Assembly (NCBI GenBank): GCA_038087875.1 | Contig: CM075995.1 | Coordinates: forward strand, 5,148,001-5,212,000 | Reading direction: 5' to 3' | From: Malacoraja senta | Taxonomy: Eukaryota | Length of the DNA: 64,000 nt | In this document: piece after piece, positions 47,401-57,239 of the stretch | Layout of the letters: each line of letters starts with the position of its first letter | Numbering within the stretch: position 1 is the stretch's first letter | The notes under the pieces: generated by a model | Database searches by the model: none | Told to the model about the DNA's origin: nothing | What the model saw: the letters and a program-made list of their open reading frames with translations, nothing else | Made by a program: the position numbers and the translations under genes

Positions 47401-49533
47401 ACCATCATCCAGATCATTGATGTACATGACAAACAACAGTGGACCCAACACAGACCCCTGAGGCACCCCACTAGTCACTGGCCTCCAACCTGACAAACAG
47501 CCATCCACCATTACTCTCTGGCATCTCCCATTCAGCCACTGTTGAATCCATCTTGCTACTCCACCATTTATACCCAACAATTGAATCTTCTTAACCAACC
47601 TTCCATGAGGAACCTTGTCAAAGGCCTTACTGAAGTCCATATAGACAACATCCACTGCTTTACCCTCATCAATTTCCCTAGAAATCTCTTCGAAAAATTC
47701 AAGAAGATTAGTCAAACTTGACCTTCCAGGCACAAATCCATGTTGACTGTTCCTAATCAGACCCTGCTTATCCAGATGCTTATATATATTATCTCTAAGT
47801 ATCCTTTCCATTAATTTGCCCACCACTGACGTCAAACTAACAGGTCTATAATTGCTAGGTTTACTCTTAGAACCCTTTTTAAACAACGGAACAACATGCG
47901 CAGTACACCAATCCTCCGGCACTATTTGGAGTGAGACCACACCTGGAGTATTGCATACAGTTTTGGTCTCCAAATCTGAGGAAAGACATTCTTGCCATAG
48001 AGGGCGTACAGAGAAGGTTCACCAGATTGATTCCTGGGATGTCAGGACTTTCATATGAAGAAAGACTGGATAGACTTGGCTTGTACTCGTTAGAATTTAG
48101 AAGATTGAGGGGGGATCTTATAGAAACTTTCAAAATTCTTAAGGGGTTGGACAGGCTAGATGCAGGAAGATTGTTCCCGATGTTGGGGAAGTCCAGGACA
48201 AGGGGTCACAGTTTAAGGATTATGGGGAAATCCTTTAGGACCGAGATGAGAAAAACATTTTTCACACAGAGTGGTGAATCTCTGGAACTCTCTGCCACAG
48301 AAGGTAGTTGAGGCCAGTTCATTGGCTATATTTAAGAGGGAGTTAGATGTGGCCCTTGTGGCTAAAGGGATCATGGGGTATGGAGAGAAGGCAGGTACAG
48401 GTTACTGAGTTGGATGATCAGCCATGATCATATTGAATGGCGGTGAAGGGCCGAATGGCCTATTCCTGCACCTATTTTCTATGTTTCTATTCACGTTTCC
48501 AATGAAATTTGAAATATTTCTGTCATAGCCCCTGCTATTTCTACACTAACTTCCCTGAATGTCTGAGGGAATATCCTGTCAGGACCTGGAGACTTATCCG
48601 TTTTCATATTTTTCAAAAGTGTCCACACCTCCTCTTCTATAACCCGTGCCTGCCTTCTCCCCATATCCCTTGACTCCACTAGCCCCTAGAGCTTTATCTA
48701 ACTCTCTTAAATCCATGCAGTGACTTGGCCTCCACCCACTGCCCTCTGTGGCAGGGAATTCCATAAATTCACAACTCTCTGGGTGAAAAAGTTTTTTCTC
48801 ACCTCAGTCTTAAATGACCTCCCCTTTATTCTAAGTCTGTGGCCCCTGGTTCTGGACTCGCCCCACATTGGGAACATTTTTCCTGCATCTAGCTTGTCCA
48901 GTCCTTTTATAATCTTATATGTTTCTATAAGATAACCCCTCATCCTTCTAAACTCCAATGAATACAAGCCTAGTCTTTTCAATCTTTCCTCATATGTCAG
49001 TCCCGCCATCCCAGGGATCAATCTCGTGAACCTACGCTGCACTGCCTCAATCACAAGGATTATCAGAATGGATTACATTATCAGAATGTATACTCGGGTT
49101 TCAGAAGCCAGGTTGAGGACAGGTTGACACAACCTGTTTTGTTTTTGACTTTACAAATTGAGTGGTGGTCTAATTAAGATATTTATTAAGCTGAAGGGAT
49201 GTTTGGGGAGACTGAGAAACCCTTTCAAAAATTGAAGAGCATTGTAGTCTGCAGAGAATAAGATTGCCTGTGTACAGAATAATTTGAATGCCAACTAGAA
49301 CTGAGGACAAAGCTTAAAATTATTATTCAATCTGTACAATGTGTTTTTTACATTTGAAGCAATTTTAACAATTTTCCACCCGTTCCAGAAACTGGCTGTC
49401 TGCTGATACCAAGGATGAACGCAATCTCTGGATGCAAAAGCTGAATAGAGTTCTGGTTGATCTACGAACCTGGCAACCAGATGCCTGCTACTCACCTCAT
49501 ATCCTGTTAAAGCAGATTGGAGACCATTATTAA
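4846..49533 (+). CDS. ANLN: Anillin (actin-binding cytokinesis scaffold), 5'-partial multi-exon gene: acidic region, Rho-binding/anillin-homology (C2-like) domain and C-terminal PH domain
   Basis: Spliced exons 4846-4983, 7215-7352, 17348-17619, 20675-20793, 21691-21838, 22082-22217, 23519-23707, 25443-25569, 26050-26098, 26390-26446, 32952-32987, 33978-33999, 35165-35277, 36594-36680, 44892-44999, 46136-46308, 49389-49533. All have AG/GT boundaries with compatible phases. The translation contains anillin motifs [76 protein letters not shown] and NWLSADTK. The first two exons are less certain. Confidence 0.95.
5820..6620. repeat. Compound (CT)n/(CA)n microsatellite-minisatellite
   Basis: Units such as ctcgccc(ct)n and caccctccatctct(ca)n; flanked by ~27-bp cagttcactc...gact repeats at 5735-5810 and 6710-6870. 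Confidence 0.9.
7215..7352 (+). CDS. ANLN: Probable anillin exon (138 nt, phase 1-1), copy B of a duplicated exon
   Basis: tatag|TTACTTCC...TGTACAG|gtaaga; [45 protein letters not shown]; paralogous to 4846-4983. Confidence 0.65.
8372..10705 (-). mobile_element. Degraded CR1 LINE (most of ORF2, internal deletion)
   Basis: Minus-strand ORFs with [27 protein letters not shown] and FADD; 3' tail near 8372. Confidence 0.88.
11328..11544 (+). repeat. 5' LTR of the Gypsy element
   Basis: Direct repeat of 15641-15857, followed by the tRNA-Trp PBS at 11546-11559. Confidence 0.95.
11573..12497 (+). pseudogene. gag: Gypsy gag, frameshifted
   Basis: [10 protein letters not shown]...[14 protein letters not shown], then [10 protein letters not shown] in another frame, then a C-X2-H-X9-C-X3-C motif ([18 protein letters not shown]); frameshifts near 11750 and in the G/C runs near 12230-12310. 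Confidence 0.85.
12470..15722 (+). pseudogene. pol: Gypsy pol (protease, RT, RNase H, integrase), disrupted
   Basis: FLVDTGA protease; [11 protein letters not shown] and MPFGL RT motifs with YLND in place of YLDD; RNase H motifs ADVS and YTDHKPL; HHCC plus integrase core ([20 protein letters not shown]) and GPF; frameshifts near 13600 and 14230-14340. Confidence 0.9.
15641..15857 (+). repeat. 3' LTR of the Gypsy element
   Basis: Direct repeat of 11328-11544, preceded by a polypurine G tract. Confidence 0.95.
17348..17619 (+). CDS. ANLN: Anillin exon, acidic region with poly-Asp tract
   Basis: tag|ATAAAATT...CAAAAG|gtggag; encodes [15 protein letters not shown]...[11 protein letters not shown]. 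Confidence 0.88.
20675..20793 (+). CDS. ANLN: Anillin exon
   Basis: acag|GGGAGT...TACAG|gtataa; [29 protein letters not shown] resembles anillin RAESGDSLGSEDRDLLYS. Confidence 0.85.
21691..21838 (+). CDS. ANLN: Anillin exon
   Basis: ttccag|TATTGAT...ATGAAG|gtaatg; [27 protein letters not shown]...IKQKMK. Confidence 0.95.
22082..22217 (+). CDS. ANLN: Anillin exon (Rho-binding region)
   Basis: caag|AATCTG...GCCT|gtaaga; [45 protein letters not shown]. Confidence 0.95.
23519..23707 (+). CDS. ANLN: Anillin exon
   Basis: catag|GTGAAA...ACGG|gtagga; [14 protein letters not shown]...[18 protein letters not shown]. Confidence 0.93.
23900..24570 (-). mobile_element. Old CR1 fragment
   Basis: [14 protein letters not shown] and related ORF2 peptides. 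Confidence 0.75.
25443..25569 (+). CDS. ANLN: Anillin exon (anillin-homology domain)
   Basis: ttcag|ATGTT...ACTCT|gtaagt; [41 protein letters not shown]. Confidence 0.93.
26050..26098 (+). CDS. ANLN: Anillin exon
   Basis: tttag|GCAAGAT...TCTG|gtaagt; [16 protein letters not shown]. Confidence 0.93.
26390..26446 (+). CDS. ANLN: Anillin exon (polybasic segment)
   Basis: tttag|GCATTG...TCTAAG|gtaaag; [19 protein letters not shown]. Confidence 0.9.
27652..28108 (+). mobile_element. Non-autonomous Helitron, with a second related unit starting at 28109
   Basis: 5' A|TC terminus; 3' hairpin GGGACCC-AAC-GGGTCCC (28081-28097) followed by CTAG|T. Confidence 0.75.
29460..31003 (+). mobile_element. 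5'-truncated CR1 LINE
   Basis: RT peptides ([19 protein letters not shown]) with frameshifts, and a ctatgtttctat tail. Confidence 0.88.
31600..32450 (-). mobile_element. CR1 fragment
   Basis: [20 protein letters not shown] and [10 protein letters not shown] on the minus strand. Confidence 0.8.
32952..32987 (+). CDS. ANLN: Anillin 36-nt exon
   Basis: cttag|GCCATT...ATTACA|gtaagt; [12 protein letters not shown]. Confidence 0.93.
33978..33999 (+). CDS. ANLN: Anillin 22-nt microexon
   Basis: aacag|AAGACCAACTTGCACACACCAG|gtaggt; KTNLHTP; required to restore phase between flanking exons. Confidence 0.85.
35165..35277 (+). CDS. ANLN: Anillin exon
   Basis: gtag|CTTTGG...GCAAAG|gtttgt; [37 protein letters not shown]. 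Confidence 0.94.
36594..36680 (+). CDS. ANLN: Anillin exon
   Basis: tgcag|GTTCCC...TTTTTG|gtaaga; [29 protein letters not shown]. Confidence 0.95.
36862..37165 (-). mobile_element. tRNA-derived SINE (HE1-like)
   Basis: Reverse complement of the same SINE family; other copies at about 22818-23032 (-), 31370-31597, 50890-51180 and 55730-55980. Confidence 0.78.
37415..37965 (-). repeat. ERV 3' LTR
   Basis: Direct repeat of 42462-43002; adjacent to the minus-strand polypurine tract. Confidence 0.93.
38088..38710 (-). pseudogene. ERV integrase C-terminus followed by truncated env start (ATG at 38318)
   Basis: [46 protein letters not shown] is a retroviral IN C-terminal domain; [18 protein letters not shown]... 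is signal-peptide-like and Cys/Trp-rich. Confidence 0.75.
38710..39657 (-). mobile_element. CR1 RT fragment embedded in the ERV
   Basis: Collinear with the CR1 copy at 46874-47836; lacks both the 3' tail and the 5' part. Confidence 0.85.
42462..43002 (-). repeat. ERV 5' LTR
   Basis: Direct repeat of 37415-37965; adjacent to the tRNA-Pro PBS. Confidence 0.93.
43960..44053 (+). mobile_element. Short Penelope-type repeat with hammerhead-like core
   Basis: CTGATGA-A-GGGTCTCGACCC-GAAAC-GTT; 11-bp TSD ttgggtgccag (43949-59, 44054-64). Confidence 0.7.
44300..44620 (+). mobile_element. Penelope-like element 3' remnant
   Basis: ggaacagcacctcatgttcc...aacattgaaatctccaattataggtaa encodes EQHLMF...NIEISNYR*, resembling the PLE GIY-YIG C-terminus, followed by a pyrimidine-rich tract. 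Confidence 0.55.
44892..44999 (+). CDS. ANLN: Anillin exon (PH domain)
   Basis: tgcag|ACCATG...TCCAAG|gtttgt; [36 protein letters not shown]. Confidence 0.96.
46136..46308 (+). CDS. ANLN: Anillin exon (PH domain)
   Basis: tgcag|ACTCCA...ACCAA|gtgagt; [50 protein letters not shown]. Confidence 0.96.
46358..49060. mobile_element. Three nested CR1 copies: A (-) 46358-46460 + 48638-49060; B (-) 46461-47924 + 48491-48637; C (+) 47925-48490
   Basis: Interrupted sequences resume collinearly across the junctions; short duplications ataacc and ctatt at the junctions; the 474-aa ORF is mostly copy B RT. Confidence 0.85.
49389..49533 (+). CDS. ANLN: Anillin last coding exon
   Basis: ttccag|AAACTGG...[50 protein letters not shown]. 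Confidence 0.95.
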
Positions 49534-50762
49534 CCAGATTTATTTACTTTTTTATCTCATCCTGGAATGAGTATTGATCAAGTGCAAATATGTAATGACA
49601 CTTTGTATGCTAAATATTACTAAGCAGTCAGGGCACTGACAAAATTGGTTTCTGAAGTAAATGTTTTTAAGCAAAGGTGTACAGATGAGTCCAGCAGCAA
49701 CATCAGGTGAAAGGGGGAACATGGTAAATCATTTTGGAAAACAGATTATCGAATGTTCTATGAATATCAGCACTGCCTTGAAGTTGTTATTTCATGGTTG
49801 AAAAGGTGCTTCAAGCCCCTTTAAAAACTTTATATCTGCAAAAAAGCCTTTTCATGGGTGGGACTTTGCTTGTACATTTTAGATTTGAGATTGCTTTTAA
49901 GAAATTGCATATAGCAACTATTTGTGGAGATAGAGATATAAACCAAAACAATAAAATATGTATAGATTATTAATTGTGCTGCTGCTCTGCATCAGCCAAT
50001 GCTTATTTTTAAGTTATATATAGGTCTTGCCCCATCCCTCCACCATGGGGGAACTTCCCCATTCATTAGTCCATCCACGCGTTGTTGGCCTGGCACATGG
50101 ATTGATTTGAGAAAATACCAGGTTGAAATATACAAACATATGTTTGTGTAAACTGCCATTTGATGCACTGGAGGTACCAGAACACACTATGCAATAATTT
50201 CAAATGTATTTCTGATTATGCTGCTATATATTACCTGCTTGATGCTTGCAGGCTATGACATTTAACTTGAGCAAAACACTTTAATATGATTCAACCGGAA
50301 AGGAATAATACAGACATTATTGGGATAGTTTGATTAAATTTCAACAATTCTATCATTCGTTTTGAGTATCATTGTTGATCCTTTTTTTTTTTTTTTAGAT
50401 ATGTCCATGTCAGATTTTTTTTTTCTACCTAAAATTAAGCTATTTTGTACTTAAATGTGAACTGCAGTTGGAAGAAAGTTGGATAATTCTTAATTATGCT
50501 GATAACTGGCATAAAAAGATTTTGAACCCAAATGTGTGATGCCATCATAGAATGTATTGAAGATTGTTCACATAGTTTTTGTCCAATATTTTTTTACAGC
50601 TTTAAACACGTGCCAAATAACAGTAACAACACACTAACTTGTATTAAATGGAAAAATGTATGTTCTATATATTGTCCTCCATCTTGTCTCTTCAACTGTG
50701 CTATTTTTGTTTTGGTTCCTTTTAATATATTATTATAAAACATTCTTATGCACGTTGTCTAA

Positions 50763-50768
50763 AATAAA
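50763..50768 (+). promoter_or_regulatory. Candidate anillin polyadenylation signal (another AATAAA at 49950-49955)
   Basis: AATAAA at the end of an AT-rich, repeat-poor stretch following the stop codon. Confidence 0.4.
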
Positions 50769-51774
50769 CTGCTTCAAAATGGAAACCATCTCAAAGGTGA
50801 TATGTTCATACACTGATTGAACTTCAACAACAACACGGAAATAAGCAATTTGAAACTCTTTGGAGAGGACAATTAAATTGAATTAGAAAGACACTTGGTG
50901 GCATCTGGCCCAGTGACTGGGTTTGATTCTAGCCGCCTGTGTTGTCTGTGTGAAGTTTGCAACTTCTCTCTCCTATTATGGGTTTCTTCTGAGTATTCTG
51001 GTTTCTTCCCACATACCAAAGATTGGGAGGTTAATTGGCACCTCCAAATTACCTGTGATGGCAAAATCAAGAGAGTTAATGGGCATGTGTGAGAGATTAA
51101 ATTACAGGAAAATAATTGAGAGACTGGGATAGATAAATTTGATTAGAGCTGGCATGGTTTCAATGGGTTGAATGGTTTCCTATGCTGCAGTGAAGTGCGT
51201 GCCAAATCTTTTTGGATAGACTGTTTTGATAGCATCCTGTCTTGATGAATTGATGAAGACGAATTGCCATGATTAGTTAATAACAGCATGATTACCAATA
51301 GTAGATCGTGTACAGCAGTGCTAATCGTTTATTTATCCAGGCATGAGATTTCTCCACGGACCCGCAGATTTTGAAATTCGTTTAAAAAAATCTAAATCTC
51401 TAAATCTATAAGAGTGGGGGCGGGACTGATGATCGAGGGGGCCGATTGGACGAGAGGGAGGCGGGATTGAGGATAGAGAAGGGAGAGATTGGAGGAGGGA
51501 GATGTCCGGGGGCGGGGCAAGGCGGAGCGAGGCGCCGGGGAGCGCAGGTAGCGGAGGCCCTGGGGGACGGCAGCGGGAGAGTGGGCATTGGGCTGGGAAA
51601 GGCCGGGGAGCGGCTGCAGGACCGGGGCCTTGTCGGTGTCAATAAGCATTTTAAAGCAAGTAGAGGGAGTGTGTGTGAGTCCTGGTGAGCAGAGGGGGGA
51701 GTCTCTGAGTGTGAGTAAAGGTGAGGGGACATCCCCGAGTGAGAGCAGTGATGGGGTTCCCTGTGAGAGCAAAG

Positions 51775-52774
51775 TAGCAATGTTACAAAATTTTGAGGTT
51801 TTAAAAATAAAGTCTGCAATTTATCCCATCAGATAAAGCATAAAAAGAAGTTTAATTTGACACCTAATTCACTTTCATATCTTCAGTATTAAAAAAGTTA
51901 TGGCCATTTTCATACTCGGAAATTAGCATCTTGTTCCCTATTGCTTTTCCATTGACTTGACACAAAAGCTGTGATCGAGGACAGTTAAAAGCCCATAACT
52001 TTCTTAAAAATTAAGAGAGCTGAAAGAAATTGTCAGTTATTATAGATTGTAGGATTCTGAAACAAATATGAAACAATCTTATTTAGAAGACATGAAATTA
52101 AAGCATATAATTAGTTAGTTACCTAATTGTAGCTAATTACAAAATTCAATTACCAGATCTAAACATCTATCAATTTCTTAAGAATAGATTAACATTTTTA
52201 AATAGCCTAAGTGTCCAAATAACATTCACACAAGAATTCACAATATAACATAATTTTTAAATCTCATTGTCATGAATTTACAGGCCAAATGGAAGGAATT
52301 GAATGTTTAATACCTGTAAATTAATGGGCATTTAAATCATCTTGTGAGTGAGGATTTCTGGAACGCGATCATTTGGAACGTTCCTTTGCGGTGAATTTAA
52401 CCCCGTATTGGCATGAAAAATACTGCCGTTCGGGGAATAAAATCACCTTTTAGCATGAAAAAATGTGAATTAAAGGCTTCTTAAGAAGCACTTTTATACA
52501 TTTAAATAAACCACTTTCGTTTACCTGTCCCGTGTGTGAAATCCGTCCCCATTATCGGCGTTGACATTGTCGATTTAATAAAAATAAAAAATTCACAAAA
52601 CGCCCCTAGGAACGATTTTTCAGCAAACGCTTGTACTCCAACGAAATATAATTCAGAACCAGGTAGGAGAAACTCGCGTTTTAAGCCCGCCCCCCCCTTA
52701 AAGGCGCCAAAATCGCGCACACGGCCAGTGGCAGAATTACAGCGCCATTGAAGGTAAGTTTTGTAACATACCTA
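51775..52774. mobile_element. Non-autonomous TIR DNA transposon (~1 kb)
   Basis: Imperfect TIRs TAGCAATGTTACAAAA / TTTTGTAACATACCTA; agcaaag duplicated on both sides. Confidence 0.7.
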
Positions 52775-53341
52775 AGCAAAGGTGGGGATTTCCTGTGAGT
52801 GTGAGCAGTGAGGGAGAAATTAAGGGTAAACAGGCGAGAAAACGGTCATTTCAAGGTACAATTATCAAAAAAAATCTGCCCCCGCCGGGGATGTTTCTCT
52901 TGGAATCCTACCAGGAGGCAATGCCCCCCTGGGCCCCCATATCTCTTCCTCTTTTTCAGGTTTTTCCTGTCTCATGCCTGTTTTCTTATATTTGTTATTG
53001 ACATGTAGACCAACATGTAATTGGTGCATTAGACATGATCATGAGGGGAGGAAACTTGCACTTGATTGTGCCATTCGAAATCTAACGACCTTCGAAACGT
53101 TCTGACAATGAGGTAACTTTGAAATACAGTCATTGCTGTAAATTAAAATATATCGGGAGTTAACATTTCTAACAAAGTAGGTTAAATAAATCTAATAAAA
53201 CATAATGTAGATCTATCTCAGCATTTGCATGGTTCCTAAAGCACATGTTCAATTTGCTCTGCATTCTGCTGTTCCTTCCCAACAGTTTTCTAGAAATGTT
53301 TAAACTGGACTTGGATAAATTGCTATTTTCCCTGTTCATAA

Positions 53342-53941
53342 AAGGCCTGTCGCACGAGTCTGCGGTCATTGGCGGCAAAACAGGAAGAATCTACCGCTCC
53401 TGGGCCGCCATAGACCGCGCACGTGGTCAAACGCACAATTACGGGGCCGTGCGGCGTTGTTCCCAACACCGCACGGTGCTAAAATAAAACCAACACTGTT
53501 CAAAAATATGTCCCTACCGCACAGCCTCCGCCAGTGAGGCATGAGTGTGGCACGAGCGCCGTGCGTCGAACTTGCACCGTTACAGCCTCCGCCAGTGAGG
53601 CACGACCGCCGCCACAGCCACCGCTACAGCGCCACGATCAGCACAGCCGCCGCTAGTGAGTCACGTGTGCGGCACGGCCGCCGCCACAGCCACCGCTACA
53701 GCGCCGCGATCAGGACGGCCGCCGCCACTGCCCTGCAGATCCAAAATGACATCATCGCAGTCGGCCCGCCCTTTTTTTAAACTTACCGCAAGCACGTGGG
53801 ACCAGCCGTATTTAAATCACTCGGCCCCCGTGCGGCGCTCCTGTGGCATAGGCTCGGCGCTCTCGCTGTTGCTGTGCGGTCCCCTCTACAGGCGAAGCCG
53901 CGCTTCACCGCCGATGACCGCAACACCGTGAGACAGAGCCT
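53342..53941. mobile_element. PIF/Harbinger-like MITE
   Basis: TIRs aaggcctgtcgcacg / cgtgagacagagcct; TAA on both flanks; GC-rich interior with internal repeats. Confidence 0.65.
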
Positions 53942-54056
53942 TAAGTCTTCATATCAAACGTGGGGTTTTTTCCTCCCTTTGACATTAGGATAAGAGAAAC
54001 CCGATTCGATCCTACAAACTTGGGGCTGTTGTCATCAAAATATTCTTGAGTGGATT

Positions 54057-55140
54057 ATAGAAACATAAAAAATGGGTACAGGAGTAGGCCATTCGGCCCT
54101 TCGAGCCTGCACCGCCATTCAATATGATCATGGCTGATCATCCAAATCAGTATCCTGTACCTGCCTTCTCTCCATACCCCCTGATCCGTTTAGCCACAAG
54201 GGCCACATCTAACTCCCTCTTAAATATAGCCAATGAACTGGCCTCAACTACTTTCTGTGGCAGAGAATTCCACAGATTCACCAATGATTTTCTCATCTCG
54301 GTCCTAAAAGACTTCCCCCTTATCCTTAAACTGTGACCCCTTGTTCTGGACATCCCCAACATCGGGAATAATCTTCCTGCATCTAGCCTGTCCAACCCCT
54401 TAAGAATTTTGTAAGTTTCTATAAGATCCCCCCTCAATCTTCTAAATTCTAGCGAGTACAAGCCGAGTCTATCCAGTCTTTCTTCATATGAAAGTCCTGC
54501 CATCCCAGGAATCAGTCTGGTGAACATTCTCTGTACTCCCTCTATGGCAAGAATGTCTTTCCTCAGATTAGGAGACCAAAACTGTATGCAATACTCCAGG
54601 TGTGGTCTCACCAAGACCCTGTACAACTGCAGTAGAACCTCCCTGCTCTTATACTCAAATCCTTTTGCTATGAATGCTAACATACCATTTGCTTTCTTCA
54701 CTGCCTGCTGCACCTGCATGCCTACTTTCAATGACTGGTGTACCATGACACCCAGGTCTCGTTGCATCTCCCCTTTTCCTAATTGGCCACCATTCAGATA
54801 ATAGTCTACTTTCCTGTTTTTGCCACCAAAGTGGATAACCTCACATTTATCCACATTATACTGCATCTGCTATGCATTTGCCCACTCACCCAACCTATCC
54901 AAGTCACCTTGCAGCCTCCTAGCATCCTCCTCACAGCTAACACTGCCCCCCAGCTTCGTGTCATCCGCAAACTTGGAGATGTTTCATTCAATTCCCTCAT
55001 CCAGATAATTAATATATATTGTAAATAGCTGGGGTCCCAGCATTGTGCCTTGCGGTACCCCACTAGTCACTGCCTGCCATTCTGAAAAGGACCCGTTTAT
55101 TCCTACTCTTTGCTTCCTGTCTGCCAGCCAGTTCTCTATT
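54057..55140 (-). mobile_element. 5'-truncated young CR1 LINE
   Basis: Nearly identical to the 3' part of the element at 57240-60436, in inverted orientation. Confidence 0.9.
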
Positions 55141-55350
55141 ACAGATGGAAAGGGTTTCTGATCGGAAAATAACTAAGGGAAAACTTGGTCTAAGAGCCAA
55201 ATGTTATGATGGGGAAATTTACAGATTTTGTTGTTGTATTGCCTCAGGATGGAGTTATATTTCATTTTTATCCCCTGGCCTTGCATTCATTATTTCCTTT
55301 CTATATAAATTCTATTTTGATGCTGGTTACAATTATGGAATAAGAATTAA

Positions 55351-56980
55351 GTTAGGATTCCACCGCTAATCCTTATGAAACAATCTCTTTTATAAGCTTT
55401 CTTTTATTAGATATTTTCTATGGCAACTGGCATTTGCATCCTTATTATTGCCTTATTTCAAAATATTATATTCAGTGCAAAAAGCCCACACATTTCTCAT
55501 TGTTACTAACTAGTTAATTTGTGTCTGCTGTTTTTGCACAAATAAATGTGGGCAGCTGTCAATTAGAAAATAACTAACCTCGACTGATCCAGACTGCAGC
55601 CTATTTCTTTGCACTTCTGTCGCAACCTAAAATTACAGAACTTACAAAGCTAATCCCTTAATATGGTATAGGTATAAAAGGAAATATCAATTCTTGAATG
55701 TTTCCCAGACTCCCAACACATCCTGGGCAATACAGTGGCGCAGCTGATAGAGATGAGGGCCTCACGGTGCCAGCAACCCGGATTCAATCCTGACCTCTGA
55801 TGCTATCTGTGTTTGCACATTCGCTCTGTGACTGCATGCGTTTCCTCTGGGTGCTTTGGCTGCCCCCCTTGCCAAAATGTATGCATTTGTAGGTTATTTA
55901 CCCCATGAGTGGATGTGAACGTGTGATCGATACTCCGTGTGGACTCTGTGGACCAAAGGGCCTGTTTCCAGGCTGTATCTTTCGGGCATTCAACTCATTT
56001 CAGGTACTCTACTCCATCCGTTGTACATGAAGATCCTTTCACCATTTGTATTTCACCCAAAATACAAATTCTCCAGCAACATGTTTCCAGCTGCTGAAAT
56101 AATTTTAGATTTTTGAGGTTCAAGCCTGAATTATCCCTTCTCAATGGAGATTAGGTTGCAAAGTGGATTTCAAGCACTCAGTCATGATATTTTGAATGGC
56201 AGCGCAAGCTTGAGTGTTAATAGAGATCATTCAGCTCACCATTCATCACTTTCTCCTTTGCCATTTTTTTTGCAGGTATAATCCACATTGCAATGGAGAC
56301 AAACATGCAACAAACAGCTCAACAAGTAACATTTAACTTGATCCCTTCCTAATCTAAGCCACTGCCACTGGATCAAGAATCATGTGCTTCCATTCTGGTT
56401 TTCTTGAGTGGTTAAATGGGCAAATGTGGGAACTGTGGGCTCTTCCAGGCTTGGAAGTGACTGATGAGTCCAGCAAGTGAGTAATTTTTGAGTTGGTCCA
56501 CCCTTCCTGTTTCTTATATAACAATATTAAAGAATTATCTTCTGAATTCTGATTCTGAAGGGTCTTAACCCAAAACGTCGCCTATTCCTTTTCTCCAGAG
56601 ATGCTGCCTGACCCGCTGGCTGAGTTATTCCAGCTTTTTGTGTCCGTCTTCGGTTTAAACCAGCTTCTGCAGTTCCTTCCTACACAAAGATTTATCTTTG
56701 TTTATTCTGAAAATGTTAACTGCTTCAGAGGTGTAAAGAACAAAGCTGCAGTCCTTTCCAGTTGACAGCTGTCCATATTTATTTGTGAAAGTAAATTGCA
56801 GGCACAAAGTGCCCAGTTAGTCACAACAATAGATTGAGTTTTTATTGCACAGATGATAAAATGGGAAAGAATAATAAGGCAATAATAATTTGATGTAAAT
56901 GCCAGTTGCCATAGAAAATAATGAAAGGCAGTTTATAAAGGGGAGCCAAATGTTTTAAAGACTTTCTGTGGAATCCTAAC
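55351..56980. mobile_element. Old long-TIR (foldback-like) element bounded by TTAA
   Basis: About 270-bp degenerate inverted repeats at 55351-55620 and 56720-56980; ttaa|GTTAGGATTCCAC ... GTGGAATCCTAAC|ttaa. Confidence 0.7.
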
Positions 56981-57239
56981 TTAAAATAACTGCAATTTTA
57001 TTTTGCTGATTGGTATTCTGTACTGGAAGTTCTGTGGGGTCCCAGAGCATCACCTTGAGGGTACTACACATTCCCCAATGCTGGTCCACTTTAAACATTC
57101 TTGGACCAGAGATTCCCAGGTACCAAAGGGGACGTTGCACTTCTCCAAAGAAGCTTAGAGTAAGTACATCTTTGAATCTTTCCCTCTCCATTGGTAATCC
57201 AATGAGAGAACTTTGAACAGAACATCAGCTTCTGGATGC

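Noticed and set aside
46549..47973. 474-aa ORF as an independent RT gene
   Set aside because: It is a truncated CR1 ORF2 whose apparent N-terminus derives from another nested CR1 on the opposite strand.
51400..51760. GC-rich patch as a CpG-island promoter
   Set aside because: It is embedded in repeat-like sequence split by a DNA transposon, with no associated first exon.
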